Assembly (NCBI GenBank): GCA_965112735.1
Contig: OZ218955.1
Span: 1,798,001 to 1,862,000, forward strand
Reading direction: 5' to 3'
Source: Phaeosaccion multiseriatum
Taxonomy: Eukaryota; Protista; Ochrophyta, other classes
Length of the DNA: 64,000 nucleotides
Below the pieces are notes generated by a model that was not told the DNA's origin, searched no databases, and saw nothing but the letters and a program-made list of their open reading frames with translations. Shown here piece after piece: positions 12,316 through 25,447 of the stretch. The position numbers and the translations under genes are program-made. The first letter of the stretch is position 1. Every line of letters begins with the position of its first letter.

Positions 12316-14330
12316 ATGTCAAGATTCGCCAATGCAGCTGAGCTGAAGGCGGCCCAGGCGACATGCTTGGAAGAGAGGAAGCCTCCTGCTCTAGAGGAGG
12401 AGGGAAAGCAGGAGGAGGAGGGGGAGGAGGGCGGGGGTGGTAAGGAGATCGGGCAGGGCATGGTCGGGCTGGAGCTGCGCAGCTGGGCCATCACAGTGAC
12501 GCATAAGCCTATCCTTGATGAGCACGAGCACGAGAGCCTCGTCAGAAGGCTCGGGAAGGCGGAAGGCAAAGGAGCAGGAGAAGAAGGTGAGGGAGGGACA
12601 GGTGAGCCGCGGAGAGAGTCCAGACGGGGACGAGCAAAGCAAACGAACAAGGGGCACCCCTCTCGCTGAAAAACGCCAAGAAGATGGCGGGGTGCCGATC
12701 ACTTGATACGCCACGCCTCCCTCAAGTTTAGAGACCTCACTTCACTTCCATCCTCCTCCCCTCCTCCTGATATCCTGTGTGTACCCCACCCCGGCCCCGC
12801 TTTGACCAACAATTAACAGAGGAGCAGAAAGAAGAAGAAGCATGCGTGTCTTCCTGTGGGTCGCTCCTGGTCAACGACACCCACCTGCAGCTGCCGGAGC
12901 TGCTCTTTGGCAACAGCAAACTCGAACTGCACCACCTCGCCTCGGGACTGAAGCTCTCCCTCCACGCAGAGGGGGCTCTCCGCAGCTGGGTGGAGCTCTT
13001 TCGGGAGGGAAACTTCGAGGTACGTTCGTGTATGTATGTATGCATGTATGTATGTATGTATGTATGCGTATATGCATGTATGCATACATGTATGTATGTA
13101 TGCGTTGCACCAAGTACCTGGGGATCGTTCGTTGTCCTCGGTTCGTGCATGCGTGCATTCGTTTTTCACTGGGAAGCCCCAGGCAAGGAGGGGAGGGTAT
13201 TGCCCGGATTCTGGGTTTACCTGGGTTGTCTGTGGGCTTGATACTAGTAAGTATTAGTAAGTATTAGTACGTATGGCCTGCTGACTTCCCATCCCCCATC
13301 CCCATCCCCTTCCCTCACCATGTAGGTGATAAAGGTCCCCGAGGCTCGAGAGTGGGAGGCCCATTTGGTGGCTGCAGACCCAAAGAAAGGAGGCACCGCC
13401 GCGGCTGCAGGGGGGGTGGGTGCTTTGAAGCGAGAGGAATACGACTGGTGTTGGCGGAATGAATATAGAGGGACCACTTCGGTGGACAGTTGCAGCACGC
13501 CCACCCCCAGCGGTAGCCTCGCCCCAGAAGGAAGAGGAGGAGGAGGAGGAGGAGGAGGAGGAGGAGGAGGAGGAGGAGGAGCAGCAGCAGTGGGAGGAGG
13601 AGGAGCAGGAGCAGGAGGAGCAGCAGCAGAAGGAGGAGGAGGAGGAGGAGGAGGAGGAGGAGGAGGAGGAGGAGGAGAAGGAGGAGGAGGAGCAGTAGGA
13701 GGAGGAGAAGGAGGAGGAGGAGGGGGGGGGGGGGAGGGGGAGTTCGAGAGAAAGGGTGTGTGGGAAGACCAGGAGGAGAGTGGCATAGACATGGCCATGC
13801 TGCAAGACTTCTCCCTGCCCATCTTGTTCTACGACGAGGTGCGTGTGTATACATACAGTCGTACGTAATCGTATATCCCTTCCCCTCTCTCTCTCTCTCT
13901 CTCTGCTTGTTCTCATCCTTCTTCGCCCCCCCGCCCTGCTCTCGAGCAAGCAGTTGGTAACCTCCCTCCCATATCTGCTTGTGTACTACCTCCCCCTTGA
14001 CTCTGCTGCTGGCTCTGCTGCTCAGGTGGTGTTCTTTGAGGACCATTTACATGACCATGGGGAGCTTCAGTTCTCCGCCAAGGTATAGAGAGGAGGGAAG
14101 TGGGCGGGGGGGAGAGGGGGGGTTAAAGGGTTCGTAACGCTGTTTTGCCCGGAACATCCCTCTTCTTTTCATCCCTCTTCTTTCCTCTCTCTTCCTCACT
14201 GAACGACTTACTGACTGGCTGCCTGACGTTCGCCCGTCCCTTTGTGCTTCCTTCTATGCCTGCCTGCCCAACGTATATATATATATATATATATACGTGT
14301 CATGAATGTACATACGTATGCTATGCTGTG

Positions 14331-14364
<34 letters not shown>

Positions 14365-14712
14365 CAGCTGCGGGTCATGCCTACTTGCTTCTTCGTACTG
14401 GTGCGGTACTGGCTGCGCGTGGACAGAGTGCTCATCAGCACACACGAGGTGCGTTACTTCCACAAGTTCGGAGAGGCACATGTGTACCGCAATGTGAGCA
14501 AGCAGCAGGTCACCTTCGACGAGCTGGGGCTGGGGATGGGGAATGGGTTGCAGCAATTGGGTATCCCACAGCAGCCCAACAAGCTGCCCAAGGAGGGGGG
14601 CGGCATGGGTGTGAGCAGCGCGCTTCTCAACCCCGATGAGGCGGCCGTGCGGAGGGCTTTGCGGCCAGCCCCGGGGTGGGAGGAGCCAAGGTACCAGCAC
14701 CTCAGGCTATAA
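12316..14712 (+). CDS. TIP41: TIP41-like protein (PP2A/TOR signalling regulator)
   Basis: Exons encode WAITVTHKPIL, LPELLFGNSKLEL, YDWCWRNEYRGT, PILFYDE/VVFFEDHLHDHG and LRVMPTCFFVLVRYWLRVDRVL; TAA at 14710-14712. Confidence 0.92.
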
Positions 14713-14927
14713 CCCCGCGTCATCTGTATATATATATATATATATGTGCCAAGCATAAGTGTCCGTAGTATATTATGTACTTCCCTTCAATAGTAAGCAG
14801 CGCGGGGCCCTGCTAAAAAACACGAAGCAAAAGAAGGCGACTTCCTGGCTGCTGCTGGCTGCTGTTTGGCACGACACTGTCTTCATTCGCGCCTCCTGTC
14901 GCCGTCCAGCTGACAGACAGACAAGAT

Positions 14928-14963
<36 letters not shown>

Positions 14964-15160
14964 AGAGAGATAGAGGAGAAACAAGCTTCGAGTTTGTATG
15001 CCCGCCTTGCCCTTCCTCTCGATGGGCCCCACGGAAGGAGAGGTCACACTTCGTGCATACGCATCACCGAGTGGTGAGCAGTAGTTCCGTAGTCGAGGCG
15101 AGAAACCATTCCGTCCCCCTCCGCTCCTGTCTGCACCGTGCTCATCGCACCCCACACGCG

Positions 15161-15205
15161 CCTGTCGGTCACCTGTCGGTCGCCTGTCGGTCACCTGCCG
15201 GTCAC
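15161..15205. repeat. 11-bp tandem repeat (CCTGTCGGTCA) x4 between the convergent TIP41 and CSN4 3' ends
   Basis: cctgtcggtca cctgtcggtcg cctgtcggtca cctgccggtca. Confidence 0.85.
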
Positions 15206-15213
15206 GTGTTGAG

Positions 15214-16707
15214 TCATTGGTGCATGCTAGATGCTGCAGATGCTGCATCACCCTTCTCTTGTTGTTCTGTGGCGGCCTCCACCACATGGGGGTGCTTGTG
15301 CGCAATGGTCTCTACCGCCATGTTGACTCGATTGCAAAGGCCAGAGATGCGATCGTCCCACTGCTGCAGTTCGTCCATGTCTCCCTTGAAGATAAGCAGC
15401 CCGTCCACCTGGGGAGGGAGAGGTCCAGAGGGGATCCAATGGTGTGGGGAGGGGGGGGGAGGGGGGTGGAGGAGTTGTTCATTTCAGTTGCTGTCAGTTT
15501 CAGTTTCAGTTTCGTTTCAGTCAGTTCAGTGACATACGCACACAACCCCCCCCCTCATACTCTACATGTGCCTGTATGCAGGGCCTTGTGACACACATGC
15601 ATACATACACTCACTCTCTCTTCCCTTCCCTCCCCTCCCCTCCCCTACCTGATGAATAGAGGCTATATACACACACACACACACACACACGCACGCACAC
15701 ACACACATCTCCCTTCCCCTCCCCTCCCCTCCCCTCCCCTACCTGATCAATGGAGGCCTTGAGCCTTCCCTCCGACACCATCCTCGCCGCTACTTTTTCC
15801 GACTTGTCCATTTGAATGTCCAGCAGCCTTCCCAGCTCCTCGAAGCGAATGTTGTCATAAATGCGGCTCGCGGCCAACACGTTGTGCTCAATCACGGCAC
15901 GCTCCAGAATGGTGAGACCGTCGCCGGACACGGCTTGCTGGTGCGGCATGAGGCCATTCTGGAATATCATCATTTCCGACTGGGGTGGGGGGGGGGGGGT
16001 TGCATGTGTGTGTGTGGGTGGGTATATCAGAGGAGAGGGGAGGAGGCCTCAGAGAGAGAGTGTGTGTGTATACAGACAGAGAGAGCGGAGAGAGGGAGGA
16101 ATACAAGAGAGAGAGGGAGTAAACAGAGAGACAGAAAGTACACAGAGAGAGAACGTATACAGAGAGGGAGGGAGACAAAAGAGACCCACCCACCAGACAA
16201 AAGAGACCCACCCACCTTCCTGAGGATTTGTTGTGTGTACATCTTAGTGAGCACAGCGGAGTGTGTGCTTCCCGTGAGGGAGTTGTCCAAGCTGTGCAGC
16301 CTCTCGTCCTGACACCAGGGGGGAGGGAGGGAGGGAGGGAGGCAAGTAGAATCAAGTCAGGGAAAACCAAACCAAGCATGTAATGAAGCCAAGCACGAGC
16401 ACCACAGTATAACTCCAAACTCTCCCTCTCTCCCTCCCTCTCTCCCTGCCTCCCTCTCTCTCCACAAGACTAACCAACACACCAACACCACGTGTTACTG
16501 ACCTTGTATAGAGTGCCGAGGATCCTGGAGCGTTGCGGCCCTGCCTTGCCCAGGATGGCGCACGTGATGGCCTTCTCCAGCAGCTCCAGCCGCTCCTCGG
16601 AGCTCACCCCCTTGTGTTGCGTCTGACTGAGGTCATAGAACCGCATGGCCGCGTCCAGGAACTTGCGATTCGCATCGAGGACCTAAAGCAGTGTGTGTGT
16701 GTGTATA

Positions 16708-16747
<40 letters not shown>

Positions 16748-17789
16748 GCAGTGTGTGTGTATAGCAGTGTGTGTGTGTGTGTGTGAGCATGTGCATGTGT
16801 GTATGGTGGATAGGGCAGAGTGGCGGGTGGACGGGGACGAGGAGGAGGAGGGGGTGGGTGCGTGTCGTTCGTCGACGGGGAGAACAAAGCAAAGGCCCAT
16901 TACCCCTCGCCACCCACCCATTCACTCCTCCACCCATCCATCCACCCACCTACTCACTCCCCCACACCCACCCACTCACCCACCCACCTACCCATCCATC
17001 CACCTACCCACTCCCCTACCCACGTACCCTCGCGGCCGTGGTTCTGTACCGGAGCTGCAGCACAATATCGTCCACTTGGTGCATGAAGGGACTCGCTTTG
17101 TTGACATAGTTCTCCGCAGAGTCCGGCTCCTCATCCGCCAGAAAGGCCTCTGCCACCTTCACGTACACATCCGCTTTCTCCGCGTCGCTGAAGTTCCGCC
17201 CTATACACATAAAATACATATAATATATACAATATGTATATATATGAAAGAGAGAGAGAAAGCAGAAAGGGGGTGACATGTTGAGTTTGTGGGGGCGGTT
17301 GGGTCAGTGGAGGGAGAAGGAGGGGGAGGAGGGGGAGGGGGAGAGGGAGAGGGAGGAGTTGATAGAGTACAAGCAAGAGTGCGACGGCATAGAGAAAGCG
17401 TATGTGTAGACGTGTAATGACCCACCCACCTCCTTCCTTCCCTCCCTCCCTCCCTCCCTCCCTCCCTCCCTCCCTCCCTCCCTCCTTCCCTCCGTATCAC
17501 CACCACACCCACCTGATCCGTCCATGTTGAGCCCCGCAAGGACGTTGGCCGCCTCAGTGTACTCCTGGTCGCTGCTCAAGCGCTCGAAGAGGGTCTTGCG
17601 CATGAGGTAGTCTGCTTCGTCTAGAGCAATCACCTGAGACGACATGTTGATAGTGATGAGGTCAGGCAAGGTAAAAATATCCTCATAAGCGAGCCCCACT
17701 TCCCTCCACCCACCTCCCTTCCCTTCTCCCTTTCTTGTTCATTTCCCACCCATCCACCCCCCCACCCCCCCTCCATCTCTCTCTTTCTT

Positions 17790-17865
<76 letters not shown>

Positions 17866-18491
17866 GGCCCACCACTCACATGCGCTTTGATTCTGTCCAC
17901 ACAGCCCGCAGCAAGGTCCCTGTACCCGTCCGAGTCTGCAATGTACGGGCAGATGAGCTCCGCGAAGGAGAGGGATGCCTGCCGAGACACCACCTGCGGA
18001 GTGCTGTCTGACATGACTGTAGAGGAGGCCAGGGAAGAAGGAAGGAAGGAAGGAAGGGAGGAAGGAAGGAAGGAAGGAAGGAAGGAAGGGGCAGAGGGAT
18101 AGGGGGGGGGTCGGGGGGGGGGGGGGGGGGGGTTAGGGGGGGATCTTGCGCTTTTATCATGTTTGCTTGATATTGGGCGACAGGTGCGCTCGGCAGGAAG
18201 CTTGAGGGCTTAACATGCATTGTCAAGAGGAGGAGGTCTCCAGGCAGAATACGGAAAGAAGGAAGGAGAAAAGCAATTGGGGGGAAGGAGGACGGGGATG
18301 TATCTATTCCCTCCATACACTCCTCCTCACACAACTCAACTGAGCTCAAACACCGCCTTCAAGTCCTCGAGGTCCTCCTCCTTGCCCCCGTTCAGCCCCG
18401 CCAATATCTCCTGGTACTTGGCCAGCTTGTCTCTCTGCTCCGGCATGGACGCCACTGCCGCCAGCGCCGCTGCTACCGCGGTGCTGCCCAT
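15214..18491 (-). CDS. CSN4: COP9 signalosome complex subunit 4
   Basis: About 8 exons encode VVSRQ, AANVLAGLNMD, VYVKVAEAFL, ARVLDANRKFLDAAMRFY, GKAGPQRSRILGTLYKDER and the PCI domain ERAVIEHNVLAASRIYDNIRFEELGRLL...ASIDQVDGLLIF. Confidence 0.95.
17795..17863. repeat. (CT)n microsatellite in a CSN4 intron
   Basis: Pure dinucleotide run of about 34 units. Confidence 0.95.
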
Positions 18492-18887
18492 TGTCCCTTT
18501 CCCCAGCAGAGGACCCGTTAACGGCCTGAAGTAGGCCTTGCTACGCCGTTTAGGCCTTTCTACGCCGTTGTCTCGTTCTTCCTTTTGCACTCCGCCAGTC
18601 TCTTCGTCTCTTAAGGAGAGAAAAAAAAAGAGTTTTTCCTTTCCCTCCAAGTTTCACACTGCTTGTCTGTCCTGAATGCACCACTGCCGCGTCAACTTCT
18701 TCTCTTTCAGCCCCCTGTTTACTTATCAGCCTCGGTTGTGGCGGCGCAGAAGAAATAGGGTGGAGGAGGGATGGGGGGAGGAATGAAGGAGAAAATGGTA
18801 ATGACCATTGAGTGCCATTTTTAATGACTTCTGTGAATTTTTTGTCCTACAAAGAGGAGTACCACGTCTTTATACCATTTGTTATCA

Positions 18888-20204
18888 ATGCAACATGCAG
18901 CGTGGCCCATGCTGCTCTTGCTGCTCATCTGTGCAGTGCTCTTGCTGCCTGCAACGCCTCTTTTGTTGAATCCTACGCGCAGCGTGTGGTCAAGTACAGG
19001 TCCTTCTCAATCACCATGGCGGTGTGGCGGGAATCAGCAGCGTGGCGGACCACTGTCCGTGTCCATGGTCGTTCCTCTGCACGGAATGGGGAGACTGTTG
19101 CATAGATCAAGACGGAAGTCCAGAGCACTGTCAACGCAACTACAAGCGGAAGCCGTCGTGGGCAGAGCCAGCTATGGCAGATCAAGTGAGGAGCACAAGA
19201 TATTCCGCCAACGGGGGGCTTTGGAGACTTGGCGGAGCTTCACGAAGAGGCTCAAGACGAGTGAGTGAAGCACGCAACCTCGCATCCACGCAGCACGCAT
19301 GCATGCAGGCAGGCAGGCAGGCATACCCCAAATCCCTTATTAGATGTCTTTGCCTTCATCACCCTCTCTCTCTCTCTCTCTCTCTCTCTCGTTCTCTCTC
19401 TCTCTCTGTGGGTCGCTCTCTTTTCTTCCGCCCTCTGTTCGCCCCTCCCCGCACCGCACCCCTCGGGCGTTTCACTGCCAGCCTACCCTTTCCCTCTTCG
19501 CCTCGTCCAATACCAACCTCTGCCCCTGCCCCTACTTGCTGTTTTTTGCCAACTCAGCCATGAAGAATCCGGAGAAGAAAGGCGAGGTAGGGAAGAAAGA
19601 GTGGGGCTATATGGGGAGAATTGCGGGCGCAGAGAAAGCCCTCCTCGCCTTCTCCGTCGTCATGCTCATCGCAGCAGCAGGTGAGGGAGGGAGGAGGAGG
19701 AGGAGGAGGAGGACGAGGAGGAGGCATTCTCGCCCTTTATACACGTACTCTCAACCTGCTTCTCTGAACCTTTCTCTCACAGTGTGCGAGGTGGCAGTCC
19801 CTCACTTCACCTCCAGGTGTCTCAACGCCGTGGCCTTCTCCCACGATATGGTTGCCTTCCGCAAGTACTTTAAGGCAAGCAAGCAAGCAACCAACCCATC
19901 CTCTACACCCCCCCCCATTGTGTCTCTCTCCCCCCCCTGCTCGCCCTTACGCGCGCCCCTCCCCTTCTCCCTACTTCTCACTGTCGCTTTCGCCCGGTTT
20001 CCGCTTCTCTGAATCACACGCACACGCACTCACGCACGCACGCACTCACGCACGCACGCACTCTCTCACACACACTCATGCGCAGGGGATGGTGCTGTAC
20101 AGCGGCCTCGCTGCGGTGTTTACAGGCCTACGAGGAGCCGCCTTCTGGCTCGCAGGCAACATCGTTGTGGCCAAAGTGAGTGAGGAGTGAGCAGTGAGCG
20201 GCCA

Positions 20205-20251
<47 letters not shown>

Positions 20252-22776
20252 TAATCAGCGCCGATAGGAAGGAGGGGATGGCCCATATAACCGTGCGTAC
20301 AAAGGGGAAGGCCGTCCCATGGGGAGGGCAGTCCGAGGTATGACTGCGCGGGGGGGGGGGGAGAGGAGGAGGGGAGGACCACCCATAGCCGGGCTCGGGT
20401 TGGGCCGGTGGTCGGAGGCGGGGGTGGTGGTTAAGGCGGGAGTGGGTGTGGAGAGGGGAGGTAGAGCGGTGCATTTCGGCGAGAGGGTGGTGTTGCTGCC
20501 GGGGCTCATCTATTTTCCATCTCCTTGCGCGCCCGTGCCCTGCTCCGTCCGCGCTCTCTCTCTCTGTCTCTCATCCTTCCTCTCTCTCTCGCTCGCTCGC
20601 TCCCTCTCTCTCTCTCCTCCTCCTCCTCCTCCTCCTCCTCCTCTCTCACCCCCCCTCTTCTCTCCCCTTCCTTCTACTCTGCCCATATGCACTTTTGTGC
20701 CTCCCCTTGATTGCTTTTTTCTTGTCTTAGGTGCGCTACGACCTCTTCTCGGCTCTGCTTGACAAGGATATCTCCTTCTTTGACGAATCCGAAACAGGGC
20801 AACTTACCAGGTACTTGCCGTAAGCTTACGTTTGGAGTACGTGAGGGTGCCATGGTATGGCACATTATAGGTCCAAAGGATCTTTGGTGTCGATTTGTGT
20901 CTTTTTCCCTTTTCCGTGTACCTTGGTACTACCCTATCCCAATAGTGCCCATACCTTGTACTTCGAAGTACTACCCTCTATCTTTTCCCCACCCCTCCAC
21001 TTTCCTCTCCTGACTTACGTGCTTCTTTCTCCCTCTCTCGCGTGCTCCCCTCTCGTGCGTGCGTGCGTGCGTGCTCATGTGTGTGTTTGTGCATGTGTGT
21101 GTCCCTCCTCCTTGCGGCGATGAACCACACCACACCACACCACACCACACCACACCACAACCCTTCAGTCGGCTGTCCAGCGACACAACAAAAGTACGTA
21201 AGCACGAGATGAGAGCTCTGCTTCACCACCCCGGGTGCTTTCTTGCGCCTGACCCTGACCCTGAACCTGTCCATAACCCTTACCCTTTCCTCGTCCCCTC
21301 TCCCTCTCCCTCTCCCCCTCCCATTTCTACAAGATATCCAATGTGGTGTCCTTCCATGTGAATATCATCCTCCGCCAGGCCATCCAGGCCATCGGGGGCA
21401 TTGCTTACCTCTTTCACCTCAATAGAGAGCTTGCTGCAGTCACTGTCACAGGCATGGTGAGTGTAGTGAGTGAGTGAGTGAGTGAGTGAGTGAGTGAGTG
21501 AGTGAGCGAGTGAGCGAGTAGCTCTGGGGTGGGGTGGGATGAGGCGCGTCCTCTCCCCTGGTATGTCTGAGTGCGCGATTGAGGCCTCTGACTCGTTCCA
21601 TGGCTGCCTGCTTTCGTGCTGCCTCTGCTGCAGTACCAACCAACCGCTGCTCTATAACCAACTGCTGCTGCTTTTCCTGCTACTTGTTTGTTTACTCAGG
21701 TGGGGGTGGGTGTGATTACCAATTACTACGGGCTGTTCAGCCGCCGCATCAGCAAGGCCGTGCAGGGGGTGCTGGCAGAGGCGGGAGGTGAGAGGGGGGG
21801 GTTGGGCTCTGCTTCATGACAAGCCAGCTGTGATGCCACCGGGTGCCTCCGTATTTAGATACTTTGTGTGTGTATGTGTTGGTGTGTGTTGCCCTCCTTA
21901 TCTTCTCCCTCGTCCCGCCCTTCCCTTCCTGCCGATGGCCCCCTACGACACACACACACACACACACATAGGCGTGGCAGAGCAGTCTCTTTCTCTCGTT
22001 CGTGTGGTGCGCGCCCACGCGACAGAGAAGCTCGAGAGGAAGCGATACGCAGACAAGATCAAAGACACGCTGACTTTGCAGGTACCTTGCTGCCACACCG
22101 CTTCACTGCACAACTGCCTCATCATCTTCGTGCCTTGCTTTGCCTTGCCTCTTCTATGTTCTGTTCTTGCTGCCTTGGCTGCTTGTTTGGTTGGGGCCGA
22201 TGCGGGTCAAATCCATCCACCATCTCATATCCTGCTCCATCCACTACCATCCACCAAATATACAGGAGGCCCAAGGCGTGGCCTACGGCGTGGCGAGGGT
22301 GGTGCTCGGATGGCTCAATGCGGCGGTCATCGCCTCTGTACTCCTGTTGGGATCGAGGATGGTCTTCAGCGGAGCCATTAATGGAGAGCAGCTCACGTCC
22401 TTCCTCTTTTACGTTAACTTCGTCAGCGGTGCCAGCTGTAAGTTAAGGCCTGTCTACAGATGGAACCAAGAGGGGGGAGGTTAACGGGCATTGACGGGAA
22501 GTTCTGTCTCTCCCTCTGTCTCCCCCTCCTCCCCGTCTCTGCCTCCTCCTCCTCCTCCTCCTCTCTCTCTCCGCATGTGAAGTCGACGTGGGCGACCAAT
22601 GGGCGAAAATCGAGGAGGCTCTGGGGGGTGGAGCGAAGGTCTTTGAGTTGATGGAGAAGCAGGGCAAACACCTCACGGTGGCGCCGAGAACAGATATCGA
22701 GGCGGAAACCGACGCTGGCAGTGACGAGAGCAGTAGCCACAGCCCTCAACAGCAGCTCCTGGACCGGGCAGGAACA

Positions 22777-22816
<40 letters not shown>

Positions 22817-22971
22817 CAGCAGGAGGACCAGGGATCAAGGAGAGAAAGCCCACGCGGGGCGGAACGAGAGGGACGCTTGTGCTCAAGTGAGTCAGCCATC
22901 GTTGGCGGCACGTGTGTGACTGTGTGTGTGTATGTATGTGTGACTGTGTGTGTGCGTGTATGTCGAGCTGT

Positions 22972-23008
<37 letters not shown>

Positions 23009-23866
23009 CATGCAACTATGTGCGACTCATGATTTTGTGTGCGATTGGTACACAGGATAGATACGCTCCGTGCAAAGAGGAAAGTGATCCTCCGCTCGCC
23101 CGCCCCCGCCCCTTCTGCTCTGTGTTGACTTGTGCAATCAATTCACCTCAATGCAATTCAATTCATGCCGTGCATCCCCCCCTCGCTCTGGCTCTCTCTT
23201 TTTTCATATTTACCCTCCCCCCACACACAGAGATTGCTACTTCAGCTACCCCTCCAGACCGGGCTTGCTCGTGCTCAAGGGCCTCAACCTGCGAGTCAAG
23301 CAGGGAGAGAAAGGTGACAGTGTGGGGAGTCGGGGGTGGGCAGTGGGGTGGGGGGAGGGGTGTGGGTTTCCGAGTAGAGGCTTTGCGTGTCTCGGAGCAT
23401 GTGTGCCATTCAGAGGCGGAGGAAAATGCGCGAGCAGAGTTCGTTTGGGTGGACGCATGATGGTGACTTGAAGTAAGGCGTGGTTCGCTCGCCTCTTTCC
23501 TCTCCGCTTTCGAAAGGACTTCCACCAACCCACTCAGAACCCATCAACCAAAGCGCAAACCCATTCCACTTCGATCACCATCACGCGACATCGGTCGTCT
23601 ACGCCACGCGTCCGGCCCTCTCGCTCTCTTGTCTCACTTACCTGTCGTCCCTGTTGTGCCCCTGTCCCTCTATCCCTGTCTGGTGCGCTCTCTACAGTGG
23701 CCCTCATCGGTGTGAGTGGGGGAGGGAAGAGTACTGTGATGCGTCTCATCAGTAGGTACGCGTCAGCAGCAGTTGGTGATACAGCAGTAGCTACAGCAGT
23801 GTGGAAGCTCAGAGCTTGTTTTAAGTTTTAAAAGTCATCGTACCTTTGAAGGGGAGGAATGTATGG

Positions 23867-23913
<47 letters not shown>

Positions 23914-24841
23914 GTGATGATGGTGATGATGATGATGATGATGAGGAGGAGGAGGAGGAGGAGGATGATGATGATGATGATGATGATGGTGATGGTGATG
24001 ATGATGATGATGATGATGACTCCCAGAGCAAGAAGTGCCCATCCTGTCACCCCTTACTGCATGTGCATGTGCATGTCACCCCTCACTGCAACTGTATTGC
24101 CTCTCATACACTTACGTGTTCTACCACAGGTTCTACGAGTTAGACCAGGGATCGGTGACCTTGGATGGCAGAGAGATCAACACGTACTCTGTAGAGGAGC
24201 TAAGCCATCGCGTGGCTTGGGTCTCGCAGGAGCCACAGCTCTTCCCACTGTCCATTAGAGACAACATTGCCTACGGGTGAGTGTGTGTGTGAGAGAGAGG
24301 TAGAAGGAGAGAGAGAAAGAGGGTAGTAAGTTGTGATGTAGGGAAGGAGAAGAAAGAGAATGAAAGGAAGGCGAGAGATAGGTTTGGGGGGAGGGAGAAA
24401 GAGAAGAAAGATAGAGGGGTGGGAGAGAGATAAGAGTTGGAGGGAGGCGAGAGGAAGAGAGAGAATTGGAGAGAAACCGGGGAAAGAGCGAAGGAGACAG
24501 AGAAAGCCTTCGTCATCCCGCTCACCCACCCCAACCCGCCTACCCTCCATAACCCCACTTCACTCCACTACACACTGCTGCCCTTCATACACTCTGCCCT
24601 CTGCTTGCTTGCTGCAGGCTTCCAAAAGGCAGTTACACGGAGGATGACGTCATCGAAGCAGCGGTTGCCGCGAATGCGCACGGCTTCACTATCTCACAGC
24701 CCCAAGGCTACAACACCCTTGTTGGGGAGGGGGGCACAACGCTCTCCGGAGGGCAGCGGCAGAGGCTGGCCATCGCGAGGGCACTCATCAGAGACCCCGA
24801 GGTGTGTGCGCGCGCGTGTGTGTGTGTGTGTGTGTGTGTGA

Positions 24842-24895
<54 letters not shown>

Positions 24896-25410
24896 TTGAA
24901 TGACAGGCTGGCGGGGCGCTTGTTGGTTTGGTGCGCCCATCAACGCACGCACGCACACACCCCGCACTTTTTGCCACGTGCACGCCCGTGTCATCCCATC
25001 CACGCTTGTTGCAGACAAGATGAGATGAGATAAGATAGGACGGCCGCTTGGTTGCTCAGGGGAAAAGAAAGAGCAGTTTCCCCATACGGAAGCTGCGCAG
25101 ACCGACCTCTCTGCCTTGTAGCCTTGACTCAATCGACACTCCCCACTGCCCTGTACCCTTGATCCAATCGACACTCCCCATTCCCCATTCCCCGTTCCCC
25201 ATTGTCATTGTTGGTGTGGTTGCTGTGCACGTGTTGTGCTGTGGGGTTGTGGTACTGTGGTGCTGTAGCTGCTGCTGCTTGACGAGGCCACCTCCGCTTT
25301 AGACGTGGAGAGCGAGGCCGTGGTGCAAGCGGCTCTGGAGAAGGCCAGCGAGGGGCGCACTACCCTCTTCATCGCCCACAGGTACCGTCAGACCCGGGGA
25401 CCCCCCCTGT

Positions 25411-25447
<37 letters not shown>

